From: Octopus sinensis
Taxonomy: Eukaryota
Length of the DNA stretch: 41,132 bases
NCBI RefSeq assembly: GCF_006345805.1
Contig: NW_021831935.1
Coordinates: forward strand, 1 to 41,132
Reading direction: 5' to 3'
Positions 23,882 to 35,733 of the stretch are shown here, one piece after another. Position 1 is the first letter of the stretch, and each line of letters begins with the position of its first letter. The notes under the pieces were generated by a model. It was given only the letters and a program-made list of their open reading frames with translations, did not search any database and was not told the origin of the DNA. Position numbers and translations under genes: made by a program.

Positions 23882-24266
23882 TGGAGGCGCAATGGCCCAG
23901 TGGTTAGGTCAGCGGACTCGCGGTCATAGGATTGCGGTTTCTTTTCCCAGACCGGGCGTTGTGAGTGTTTATTGAGCGAAAAACACCTAAAAAGCTCCAC
24001 GTGCTCCGGCAGGGGATGGTGGTGATCCCTGCTGTACTCTTTCACCACAACTTTCTCTCACTCTTACTTCCTGTTTCTGTTGTACCTGTATTTCAAAGGG
24101 CCGGCCTTGTCACTCTCTGTGTCACGCTGATTATCCCCGAGAACTACGTTAAGGGTACACGTGTCTGTGGAGTGCTCAGCCACTTACACGTTAATTTCAC
24201 GAGCAGGCTGTTCCGTTGATCGGATCAACCGTAACCCTCATCGTCGTAACCGACGGAGTGCTTCCA
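23882..24266 (+). mobile_element. SINE family C, full length
   Basis: tRNA-like head GGAGGCGCAATGGCCCAGTGGTTAGG, body TTGAGCGAAAAACACCTAAAAAGCTCCACG, tail shared with SINE D; embedded in (TA)n. Confidence 0.85.
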
Positions 24267-24370
<104 letters not shown>

Positions 24371-24477
24371 TGTTAATATTTCTTTCTCAAGTACTCAATC
24401 TTCTAATTAGCCTTAATAACTTCCTGTCTTCTCTCGAACATAATTAGATAGATAAACGGATAGACGGATTATCCAGC

Positions 24478-25263
24478 ATGTCCAGAGCATGGAGACCTGA
24501 CGAAATAGATTTATTTGTACGAGCCTGGAAGTGCGCCGACGGAGACAGCCCTAGCGAGGTGATTGCGGCTGCGCTAAGGAGCGGAGGCTACAAGAGGACA
24601 GCGGCTTAGATGGAGCGAAAGAGACGGGAATTCGTGCGCTCATATGCGCTTGTACGGTCGCACATTGGTGCACTTGATGCCATCTTTGAGAACGAGTGGG
24701 GCAAAGATGGAAAAAATGGAGACGATGAAAGAAGTCACCCCCACCTGGTGGACGCCCGGGAGGAGGTTTTGAATGAGAAAACTGCGCGGGAAGTGAACCC
24801 AGGTGCAAGTTCTCCAACCGGCAGCAAGGGCCATGGAGACGGAGAACCCGGTGAAGAGGTAGAGGGAGGAAGAAGAACTAAAAGAAGGACTGGAAGAGCT
24901 AAAGGAAAAGGAAAAGAAAAAGCTCAAGCAGGACCAAAGGGTGAAAAAACCAGGAATGGAGGTGGAACCGCAAAAGATGGAACCAAGCAGCACACACGGG
25001 TGTGTATGTTCTACCTGAGAGGTTCCTGCTGGCATGGAAAGGAAGGTGCAGGCTGCCGCTTTGCACATCGGGGACACCGCCACAGAGACACGAGGCAGAT
25101 GGACAAACCATCAACACAAAGAAAAGGGATGGACCACGCACCACCTGCCCCAAAGCGGAGGTACGCAGATGTTGTGCGCGCCACAAACCGCCAACATGAT
25201 GTTGTCGAAAGGGCAGCTGCTGAGCAACAATCTTTTTTGTGCATGGCACAAAAGATTGTATAG
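24478..25263 (+). pseudogene. LINE ORF1 with Myb/SANT-like N-terminus and CCCH zinc finger; one in-frame TAG at 24607
   Basis: ATG 24478 is in frame with ORF 24610..25263: MSRAWRPDEIDLFVRAWK...IAAALRSGGYKRTAA*MERKRREFVRSY...LDAIF; later CMFYLRGSCWHGKEGAGCRFAH. Confidence 0.75.
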
Positions 25264-25346
25264 CAGCTGACCTGGCTTCATCAAACCCAAGCCCGCAGGT
25301 GGGACTACCCACTATATACCAGAACACCACAGCAAACAGACACAGG

Positions 25347-28344
25347 ATGGACACCGCCGGCAACAACGTACACCTCACCTCGATGCTCGTACTGAACATC
25401 ACAGGGCTGCAAACACTCAGTAACAGGACAAAAATCCCGTTCCTGAGAGACTTTGTTGCATGCAATCAAGCCTTATGCATAGCACTTACGGAAACGCACC
25501 TGAAACCGGACATAGCAGATGCGGAGTTACACATACCACAGTATGCTGTACTACGGACCGACAGGAAAGAAAGGAGTCATGGAGGTGTTGCTATGTACAT
25601 CCGTGAGGACCTCACACCCCAGGTCCTCTTGTCATACTCAAACTCGGTGTGTGACACACTAATTGTACATATTAGGCAACTTGATGTAGTTGTGTGTGCT
25701 ACATATCGCCCTCCAGATGCCCCAAGCCATGTGGGCAAGTTTGAAGACTGCCTTATAAAAATAGAAGAAGTTCTAACCACATTAGAACAACACATAGGTG
25801 TGCTTCTTATGGGAGACTTCAATCTGCCCAATGTCAGATGGCCCGAGGGCCTTTCTCTCCCAGGAATGACAAGATGTGAACGAGGACAGGCGAGGTCCCT
25901 CCTGAACCTCATTAACACCCTGTACATGGAGCAGGTAATACTCCAACCAACCAGGGCAGGTAACACACTGGATCTCTGCTTCACAAATGACATGGATCTC
26001 ATCCATAATGTGAAAGTGACACCGACACTACTCTCGGATCACAACATGATAGAGCTGACCATGTACGGGCCAAAAGAGAGCACGGACATGCAGCCTACAA
26101 GAAACCCTCAAAATCTTTCCAGCTTGAACTACCATAAGGCAAACTGGAAACAAATTGAGAAAGAGATCCTCAAACAAAACTGGCCTAAATGTCTCTCGTC
26201 GCCAGACATCGACGTGAAACTTCAACAATTCATGTCTGTAATGCAAGCCATATGCTACAAAAGTGTCCCTGAGAGAAAGGCCACTGTACACAAGAACAAA
26301 ATCCCCAGAGAGAGGAAAATTTTAATGAGACGGCGTACGAAATTTTCAAATCGCCTAAACAAACAGATTCAAAGCAGTGAAAAGTCCCGCCTAAAAATAA
26401 AACTGTTGGAAATCGAAAAATGTCGGCAACTCTCCCATGAAAAAGAAAGAGCAGACAAAGAAGCCTGGGCTATAGAAAACATAAAATCTAACCCCAGAGC
26501 TTTCTACAGGTATGCCAAAGAAACAGCTACAGTGCACTGTAGAATAGGGCCACTCCTCGAAAAGGATGGCACACCTACAGGAAAACCAATGAGGGTAAGT
26601 GAAATACTGAATGAGCAATTCAAGAGTGTTTTCACTCCACCCCTTGGGCATCTCCAAATCACCAATCCAACTGACTTTTTTTACCACTGCAGATATAAAA
26701 TCAGAGGCGACGACGATAGATTACATTGATATAAAGGAAGACGATGTAACCAAGGCTATAGATGAAATGAAAACAGACTCAGCTACTGGCCCCGATGGAT
26801 TCCCGGCAATCCTCCTAAAAGCATGTAAGAGAGTCCTAGCAAGACCACTGCAGTTCCTCTTTCAGAGCTTCCTTGCAGCTGGCAAACGTCCAGGAAAACT
26901 GAAGGAAGGTAAAATATGCCCCATTCATAAAGGAGGTAGCAGAGCGGAAGCCAAGAACTATAGACCTATCTCTCTGACCTCACACATCAGCAAGATCATG
27001 GAACGAATAGTCAGAAGGAAGCTGATCACCTTCCTTGAAGAGAATGACTTGCTGCCCGACACCCAACATGGTTTCCGACCAGGGAGAAGCTGTTTAACTC
27101 AGCTCCTACAACACTATGACTAGGTGCTGAAACGGCTGCTCAACCACTCAAATGTGGAAGTGCTATATCTCGACTTTGCAAAGGCCTTTGATAAAGTCGA
27201 TCATGGAATGATATGTCACAAACTGCGTGATCTCAACATAGTTGGAAAACTGGGAGAATGGCTTCATGACTTTCTGAAGGATAGAAGTCAGGTGGTAGTA
27301 GCCAATGGGGCCACTTCCATTAACACACAAATAGTGAGCGGTGTTCCGCAGGGCACTGTTCTGGGACCACTACTGTTCATAATGGCCCTCCCAGACATGC
27401 CCTCAGCCACGCAGAGAGCCACGATCACAAGTTATGCAGATGATACAAAAGTTTCACAGGCAATACAGAACCCTGAGGACACTAAACACCTGCAATGTGA
27501 GCTGGACGAAATATACAAGTGGGCTGAAAAGAATAGCATGCAGTTCAATGCTGAAAAGTTTCAAGCTTTATACTATCAGCATGCAAAACTGAATGCAATA
27601 CCCAATGAATACACTGGACCCGGAGGGATTGCAATCCCAGAGGCACAATCAGTGCGTGACCTGGGTATTCACATGAGTGATGGCGCGACCTTTCATGTAC
27701 ATGTTGCTAAACTAACAATGAAATGTAGACGGCTGGCTGGATGGATTCTTAGAACCTTTAGAACAAGAGAACAAGAAACCATGATGGTCCTCTGGAAGAC
27801 ACTTGTCCTAAGCCACTTTGACTATTGCTCTCAGCTATGGTCACCATCCAGTGTCAAGTTGATCACAGAGCTCGAGGCGATCCAACGTAGCTACACGAAG
27901 AAGATAGCCTCTATGCAGAATGTAAGCTACTGGGAAAGACTCAAGAGATTAAAACTATATTCCCTGCAGCGTAGGCGGGAAAGATATGCCATAATATACA
28001 TCTGGAAGATCCTGGAGGGACGTGTCCTAAACTTTGGCATTGAGAGTTACGCAAATGCCAGGAATGGGCGCCACTGCGTGGAGCCAAGGACTCCAAACTT
28101 GCCATCAAGATGTAGGACAAGATTCTGTGATAGCCTGGGCTTCCGAGGCCCACAGCTCTTCAATATCCTCCCGAAGAACCTGAGAGACCTGCATGGGGTG
28201 GATGCAGATGTCTTTAAAATGAAACTGGATCTCTTCCTGTCAGGTGTCCCAGATGAACAAACTTCACGGCAGGAGGTGTAGATGAGGGCAGCTGCATCGA
28301 ACTCTCTCATGAACCAAATGGCAGTTGCTAAAAAGCCTTCGTGA
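25347..28344 (+). pseudogene. LINE ORF2 (APE endonuclease plus RT) with a frameshift near 26680 and TAG stops at 27121 and 28279
   Basis: APE motifs LNITGL, LTETHL, YRPP, MGDFNLP, LDLCFT, SDHN; RT motifs [53 protein letters not shown]. The frame continues past 28281 to TGA 28342-28344, as in the copy at 37231. Confidence 0.9.
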
Positions 28345-28412
28345 AGTAAAACCAAGTAGCAACACCAAATGGCGGTGCCCCAGCATGGCAACAGCTCATA
28401 AGCTGAAACTAG

Positions 28413-28450
<38 letters not shown>

Positions 28451-28451
28451 C

Positions 28452-28452
28452 A

Positions 28453-28486
<34 letters not shown>

Positions 28487-28540
28487 GTATATATACATGT
28501 ATATTTATGTATATATATATATATATATATGTATATATAG

Positions 28541-28579
<39 letters not shown>

Positions 28580-28587
28580 TATTTATG

Positions 28588-28619
<32 letters not shown>

Positions 28620-28621
28620 TA

Positions 28622-28652
<31 letters not shown>

Positions 28653-28890
28653 TATTTATGTATATATATATATATTGTATATATATATATTATGTATATA
28701 TACATATATATATATGTATATATAATATATATTATGTATATATATATATATATATATTTATGTATATATATATACATATATATTTATGTATTATATATAT
28801 ATATGTATTTATATATATATATGTATATATACATATATATTATGTATATATATATACATATATATTCATGTATATATATATACATATATT

Positions 28891-28942
<52 letters not shown>

Positions 28943-28996
28943 TGTATAATATATATATATATTATGTATATATATATATATACATATATATTTATG

Positions 28997-29027
<31 letters not shown>

Positions 29028-29084
29028 GTATATATACATATATTTATGTATATATATATACATATATATTTATGTATATATACT
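28452..29084. repeat. (TA)n-rich microsatellite between two tail-to-tail LINEs
   Basis: Direct reading. Confidence 0.95.
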
Positions 29085-30190
29085 TTGATACTTTGATAGG
29101 TTTCGGCCATTATTGGCCCAGGCCATGTCTAACTTAATAGCACCACCTGATGAAGTCTTTCAAGTCAGAATTTGGGCACTATGGCCCACTCAAGTAGAGA
29201 GTTATTGTTTACAGAGACATATCCGGGTGTAGGGTGTTTATCCGGGATTTCTTGAAGGAATCTGTCCAAAGACCTCTTGAACCCTATAGGGTCAGTTTCT
29301 GTTTTAATGTGTTTTGGTGTAATGTTAAAGAGAGCGGGGCCAATTGAGGTGAAATAATTGTGCCGTATTGTTGTTATGCGATGAGAGTGCGATTTTTGTT
29401 TTGGGCGGATGGCACGGGGCCCAAGCCCTGGATGTACCTTAAAGGTGATGCCAACATCATTTGGGCAATGCTGATGGAATATTTTCCACATCATGCAGAT
29501 GATGTAGCGCTCACGACGACGTTGGAGAGAATAGAGTTTTAGCTTTTCTAGTCGACCCCAATAGTCGAGGCCTGTCATGCCATCTATCTTTTTTGTGATT
29601 GCCCTTTGAAGTGCTTCAACTTTTATGATACCTTGTATTGTGTGGGGAGACCACAGTGGACAACAGTATTCAAGGTGGGGTCGGGCAAAAGTGGAGAAGA
29701 GAAGGATAATGGTGTGGATATCTCTCGACTGGAAAGTCCTGAGAATCCAGGAACACATTCTGCGGGCCATGTCAACTTTGGTGTTTATATGAGTGGCCCA
29801 GCTTATGTTGTTGTCCACAATTACTCCCAAGTCTCTGATGTTGTTGGACGCCGCGAGAGTTTCACCTGAAGGAAGGGAGTATGGGAGTTTCAGGGCATCC
29901 TCTTTTCCAAAGTGGATGATTAATTCAAATTTATCCTCGTTCAGCAGCATATTGTTTTTTCTGCCCATTGGATAACAGCCAGTAGATCTGACTGAAGGCA
30001 TGTCCGGTCACTCGCCTCATTTATGACCTTCTGTAGCTTAGAGTCATCTGCAAAGATTTTTATGTTGCTGTGCTTGATGATGTCATTAATGTCAATAATA
30101 TAAATGATGAAAAGAAGTGGGCCCAGCACAGTGCCTTGCGGAACGCCACTACTGACTTTGGCTGGGCTTGATTTTACCCCTTCAACTACA
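29085..30190 (-). mobile_element. 5'-truncated CR1-like LINE of a second family (RT C-terminal half), one frameshift
   Basis: [47 protein letters not shown]; tail with ATCAAAGT repeats; flanked by (TA)n. Confidence 0.92.
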
Positions 30191-30274
30191 TGTATATATA
30201 TATGTATATATATATGTATATATATAATATATGTATATATATATATATGTATATATATATATGTATATATATAT

Positions 30275-30350
<76 letters not shown>

Positions 30351-30460
30351 ATATATATGTATATATATATACATATTATATATATGTATATAATATACAT
30401 ATATATATATATGTATATATATATAATATATATATATATGTGTATATATGTATATATATA
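30190..30460. repeat. (TA)n/(TATG) microsatellite
   Basis: Direct reading. Confidence 0.95.
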
Positions 30461-30774
30461 CGACGACGACGTCGTTGCTGGCTGAAACTTCGAAGTCACT
30501 GTCAACAGCAGCATTCCTGTATCAGAATTGTATACTTGTACTCTACAACAATGTAGAGTACGTACACACAGATTTTAACTTATTTCATATCGCTTATATT
30601 ATGACTGAACATAAAAGGAGCATTTACATGTGTGTGTGTTTGCGTTTATCCCATACCACCGCTGTTGGTTTCTTTACGTCCCAGCAGCTGTGGTGGCTGT
30701 GTGGTAAGTAGCTTGCTTCCCAACCAAATAGTTCTGGGTTCAGTCCCACTGCGTAGGCACATACATACATATAT

Positions 30775-31172
30775 AGGCGCAGGAGTGGCTGTGTGGTAAG
30801 TAGCTTGCTTACCAACCACATGGTTCCGGGTTCAGTCCCACTGTGTGGCATCTTGGGTAAGTGTCTTCAACTATAGCCTCGGGCCAACCAAAGCCTTGTG
30901 AGTGGATTTGGTAGACGGAAACTGAAAGAAGCCCGTCGTATATATGTATGTATATATATATGTTTGTGTGTCTGTGTTTGTCCCCCTAGCATTACTTGAC
31001 AACCGATGCTGGTGTGTTTACGTCCCCGTGACTTAGCGGCTCGGCAAAAGAGACCGATAGAATAAGTACTAGGCTTACAAAGAATAAGTCCTGGGGTCGA
31101 TTTGCTCGACTAAAGGCGGTGCTCCAGCATGGCCACAGTCAAATGACTAAAACAAGTAAAGAGTAAAGAGTA
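30775..31172 (+). mobile_element. SINE family B, full length (tRNA head, CORE-like domain, internal TA/TG microsatellite, LINE-like tail); partial extra head at about 30690-30755
   Basis: GGCGCAGGAGTGGCTGTGTGGTAAG...GGTTCAGTCCC; CORE-like CTTGGGTAAGTGTCTT; tail GGCGGTGCTCCAGCATGGCC...AAGTAAAGAG. Octopus OK/OR1/OR2 SINEs are known but I cannot assign names. Confidence 0.88.
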
Positions 31173-31182
31173 TATATATATT

Positions 31183-31965
31183 AGGCGGTGAGCTGGCAGA
31201 AACGTTAGCACGCCCGGCGAAATGCGTAGCCGTATTTCGTCTGTCGATACGTTCCGAGTTCAAATTCCGCCGAGGTCGACTTTGCCTTTCATCCTTTCGG
31301 GGTCGATAAATTAAGTACCAGTGATACACTGAGGTCGATATAATCGACTTAATCCGTTTGTCTGTCCTTGTTTGTCCCCTCTGTGTTTAGCCCCTTGTGG
31401 GTAATAAAGAAATAGGTATTTCGTCTGCCGTTACGTTCTGAGTTCAAATTCCGCCGAGGTCGACTTTGCCTTTCATCCTTTCGGGGTCGATAAATTAAGT
31501 ACCAGTGATACACTGAGGTCGATATAATCGACTTAATCCGTTTGTCTGTCCTTGTTTGTCCCCTCTGTATTTAGCCTCTTGTGGGTAATAAAGAAACAGG
31601 TATTTCATCTGCCGTTACGTTCTGAGTTCAAATTCCGCCGAGGTCGACTTTGCCTTTCATCCTTTCGGGGTCGATTAAATAAGTACCAGTTATACACTGA
31701 GGTCGATATAATCGACTTAATCCGTTTGTCTGTCCTTGTTTGTCCCCTCTGTGTTTAGCCCCTTGTGGGTAATAAAGAAATAGGTATTTCGTCTGCCGTT
31801 ACGTTCTGAGTTCAAATTCCGCCGAGGTCGACTTTGCCTTTCATCCTTTCGGGGTCGATTAAATAAGTACCAGTTATACACTGAGGTCGATATAATCGAC
31901 TTAATCCCTTTGTCTGTCCTTGTTTGTCCCCTCTGTGTTTAGCCCCTTGTGTGTAGTAAAGAAAT
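31183..31965 (+). mobile_element. SINE-A head-to-tail tetramer, period 184 bp
   Basis: GTATTTC(G/A)TCTG unit starts at 31232, 31416, 31600 and 31784; only the first unit has the A-box segment. Confidence 0.92.
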
Positions 31966-32282
31966 ATATATATATGGTATGTGTGTGGGGGTAAACACGC
32001 ACGGCACACACACACACGCATGCATACTATAATATACTTAGTATGCGAGGCTCCGATGAAGATATCAGTTGTTACTCAGGCACATTTGCATAGCAGAAAC
32101 AGCTCTAAGCTAATGCAGTTCATAAGACAATCGTCTATTCCTCTGTCATATCAATTTCTTAATGTACAGCTCCGTTTCGTAACGCGTGTATATTTGAGTT
32201 TTAACACCAGCTTATTAAGTATCACTAATGCCCCAGGGAACAGTTTAAAACACATACATGCATCTATCCAGCCATCCATGCA

Positions 32283-32334
<52 letters not shown>

Positions 32335-32335
<1 letters not shown>

Positions 32336-32520
32336 TGTTACTCTTTACTCTTTTACTTGTTTCAGTCATTTGACTGCGGCCATGCTGAGGCACCGCCCTT
32401 AATCGAGCAACTCGACCACGGGACTTATTCTTTTGTAAGCCCAGTACTTATTCTATCGGTCTCTTTTGCAGAACCGCTAGATAACGGGGACATAAACACA
32501 CCAGCATCGGTTGTCAAGCC
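32335..32520 (-). mobile_element. SINE-B 3' half
   Basis: Reverse complement of the SINE-B tail (TTACTTGTTTCAGTCATTTGACTGCGGCCATGCTG). Confidence 0.85.
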
Positions 32521-32856
32521 GTGCCGCATTTCACTGACGCCTCACTTTTCACTACGCTTTTCTGTTTTATACACACACGCACACGCATATACACACACAA
32601 ACACATTTGTATATAGTATATGTGCATATGTTTGTGTATATAAAATATGTATATATAAATATATAGTAAATGTATATATGTATATATAAATACCTAGTGT
32701 ATATGCGTATATATATAGTATGTATGTGTATACATATATATAGTATATATATATATAGTATATATTTATATATTATATATATATATTATTTTTAAAGGTC
32801 CCCTATATTAGACGGTCGCTCACGAAGGGGAATATATATATACAGATATACATACA

Positions 32857-32905
<49 letters not shown>

Positions 32906-32920
32906 ATATAGTATATTAAT

Positions 32921-33060
32921 ACTTAGCGGTTCGGCAAAAAGAGACCGATAGAAAAAGTTCTGGGCTTACAAAAACAATAAGTCCCATTGTCGATTTGCCC
33001 GAGTGAAGGCGGTGCTCCAGCCTGGCCGCAGTCAAATGACTGAAACAAGTAAAAGAGTAT
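32921..33060 (+). mobile_element. SINE-B 3' fragment
   Basis: ACTTAGCGGTTCGGCAAAA...GGCGGTGCTCCAGCCTGGCCGCAGTCAAATGACTGAAACAAGTAAAAGAG. Confidence 0.85.
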
Positions 33061-33512
33061 ATATAGTATATATGTGTATATATTTATATATAGTATATGT
33101 GTATATATTCATATATTATATATGTGTTTATATTTATATGGTATAAATATATATAATATATATATACATACGTATAATATATTGTGTAAGTATATAAATA
33201 TATATTGTAGATGTAAGTACATATATGCATATATATCTATGTATGTGTATATATATGTGGGGGTGTGTGTGTGTATATATGTATATACACATATATATGT
33301 ATATATATATATATTCATATATATGTATGTATATCTGTGTATAAATATACAAATATATTCATATGTATATATATATATATATATATATATTCATATGTGT
33401 ATATATATATATATATATTCATATGTGTATATATATATATGTATATATATATATATTCATATGTGTATATATATATATATATTCATATGTATATATATAT
33501 ATATATATATTC

Positions 33513-33544
<32 letters not shown>

Positions 33545-33760
33545 TCATATGTATATATATATATATATTCATATGTATATATATATATATATATTCATAT
33601 GTATGTATATATATGTATATATATATATATATATATATTCATATGTATGTATATATATATGTATATATATATATATATAATATATATATATATATATTCA
33701 TATGTATGTATATGTATCTGTGTATAAATATACATATATATATATATGTATATATGTATA

Positions 33761-33805
<45 letters not shown>
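33060..33805. repeat. (TA)n satellite with recurring ATTCATATGT unit (about 30-bp period)
   Basis: Direct reading. Confidence 0.9.
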
Positions 33806-33809
<4 letters not shown>

Positions 33810-33928
33810 CCCCACTCGTGAGAGACCGTCTAATATAGGGGACCTTTAAAAAATAATTCCTCGGATTTCCCATTTAAACCCTTCTTGTGAGTGATATATA
33901 TTTGTTCGTCTGTTGTTTTTTATATCTG

Positions 33929-34330
33929 ACTAGCGGTATCGCCCGGCGTTGCTCGGGTTTGTAAGGGAAATAACTATACAGCATTTTTAGAGAGTTATAG
34001 CCAAAAAATAGCAAAAAATATGCATTAAAAATGGAAAAAAACGATAGTAAATTTTTGTAAAATCGTCGACTCATCGTAGACATTTTTAGAGAGTTACTTC
34101 CCTTATATAATTGCAAAAAAATGCATTAAAATGGAAAAAAATGATGTTAAATTGTTTTTAAAATCGTAGACTCATCTTAGACGCGCACTAATTCCCAGAA
34201 GGGCTCGATATGAATCACAACCATAAGATACCCGGTTTGGGTTAAACTGCACCGCAAAATGTGGGAGTAGTTAGGAATCTAATTCGAAGGGGACAGACAC
34301 TCACACAACTACAGTTTTATATATAAAGAT
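33929..34330 (+). mobile_element. Second HINE-like non-autonomous Helitron/Helentron element
   Basis: ACTAGCGGTATCGCCCGGCGTTGCTCGGGTTTGTAAGGGAAATAACTATA 5' end as at 14343; ends GACAGACACTCACACAAC...TTTTATATATAAAGAT. Confidence 0.65.
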
Positions 34331-34339
34331 ATCTTTCTA

Positions 34340-34510
34340 TATTTTTACTGTTTGTCATTTGACTGTGGCCGAGCTGGGGCACCGTTTTATGGAATTTTAA
34401 ATTGACTTTCATCGACTCCTGTACTTAATCATATTTTCCAAAGCTGGTCAATAGCGGAACCTCTCTAAATTGCGTGAATGCGAACACTACTACGGTTGTC
34501 AAGAGATGGT
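34340..34510 (-). mobile_element. Diverged SINE-B-like 3' fragment
   Basis: GTCATTTGACTGTGGCCGAGCTGGGGCACCG is the reverse complement of the tail motif. Confidence 0.6.
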
Positions 34511-34605
34511 GTAGGCGCGGGTGGTGGTTAGGGGGACACCCCCCCAGTCAAAGAAATACGCACACACTCGCACGTATATGTATATATAGGTATGTATATA
34601 TGTAA

Positions 34606-34841
34606 GGCGGCGTGCTGGCAGACTCGTTAGCGCGCCGGGCGAAATGCTTAGCGGTATTTCGTCTGTCGTTACGTTCTGAGTTCAAATTCCGCCGAGGTCG
34701 ACTTTACCTTTCATCCTTTCGGGGTCGATAAATAAAGTATCAGTTTCGCACTGGGTGGGGGGTCGATGTAATCGACTTAATCCCTTTGTCTGTCCTTGTT
34801 TGTCCCCTCTATGTTTAGCCCCTTGTGGGCAATAAAGAAAT
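34606..34841 (+). mobile_element. SINE-A monomer
   Basis: Collinear with 3570-3801. Confidence 0.88.
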
Positions 34842-34914
34842 ATATATGTATATATATGTGTGTCTATATATGTGTATATATATATATACACACACACACA
34901 CATACATACATATA

Positions 34915-35215
34915 TGTGTGGTAAGAAGTTTCTTTCACAACCACATGGTTCTGGGTTCAGTCCCACTGCTTGGCACCTTAGACAAGTGTCTTCTGCTATG
35001 AGTAAATTTGGTACAAGGAAACTGAAAGAAGCCCAGCCGTCACACACACACACATATATATATGCATGTATTTGTCTGTGTTTATCCCCCGTCCCTCGTT
35101 TGACCACCGATGTTGGTGTGTTTACGTCTCTGTATTCAAAAGTGACCGAAAGTATAAGTACAAGGCTTAGAAAGAATAAATTCTGCGGTGTTACAGCATG
35201 GCCGCAGTCAAATCT
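34915..35215 (+). mobile_element. Diverged SINE-B copy
   Basis: GTGGTAAGAAG...GGTTCAGTCCCACTG...GGAAACTGAAAGAAGCCC...CAGCATGGCCGCAGTCAAAT. Confidence 0.75.
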
Positions 35216-35700
35216 CGGAAACGAAGAATATGTAGGCATATGTATATATGTATGCTTATAGCATATGTATATATATGTACATATATATTTGTATATATGC
35301 ATATATATTTGTATATATATAAAAATATACTCATATATAAATATATACAAGTATATACATATTTAAATACACACACACACACACACACACACACCACACA
35401 TATATATATATATATACATATTTAAATACATATATATATATATATTATATATACATATTTAAATACGTATATATATATAATATATATATATAAAACTATA
35501 TATATATATATACAAAAACTATATATATATATGTGTGTGTGTGTATATATAACCCTAACCCGAAACGTAATAATATCTATATACATATATTATGTATATT
35601 ATGCATGTGTTACATATATATATACATATATATCATACACAACATATATATGAATATATGTCAATGTATATTGCATATACGTATATATATATATATATAT

Positions 35701-35733
<33 letters not shown>

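Larger units (their letters stand above)
24372..28451 (+). mobile_element. Near full-length CR1-like LINE (CR1/Crack/Daphne group), about 4.1 kb, with (ATCA)n tail
   Basis: Short 5' UTR, ORF1, ORF2 with APE and RT, 3' stem-loop and AATC repeats; (TA)n on both flanks. Confidence 0.93.
32785..33857. repeat. Pair of about 50-bp inverted repeats (32785-32834 and 33806-33857) enclosing a SINE-B fragment and microsatellite
   Basis: AAAGGTCCCCTATATTAGACGGTCGCTCACGAAGGGGAATA versus the reverse complement AAAGGTCCCCTATATTAGACGGTCTCTCACGAGTGGGGAATA. Confidence 0.8.

Noticed and set aside
23882-23960. tRNA gene at SINE heads (also 12162, 30775, 3570)
   Set aside because: A and B boxes are present but there is no complete cloverleaf or terminator, and each continues into a SINE body.
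29147-29153. CTGATGA hammerhead core
   Set aside because: No stem II or GAAA follows; it is the antisense of a LINE 3' UTR.
30538-30561. Perfect 10-bp hairpin GTACTCTACA-ACAA-TGTAGAGTAC
   Set aside because: Single short hairpin without a following CTRR end or a second copy; not enough to call a Helitron end or terminator.
31183-31965. Regularly spaced repeats that could suggest a CRISPR array
   Set aside because: Whole 184-bp units repeat with no unique spacers, there are no cas genes, and the context is eukaryotic SINE.
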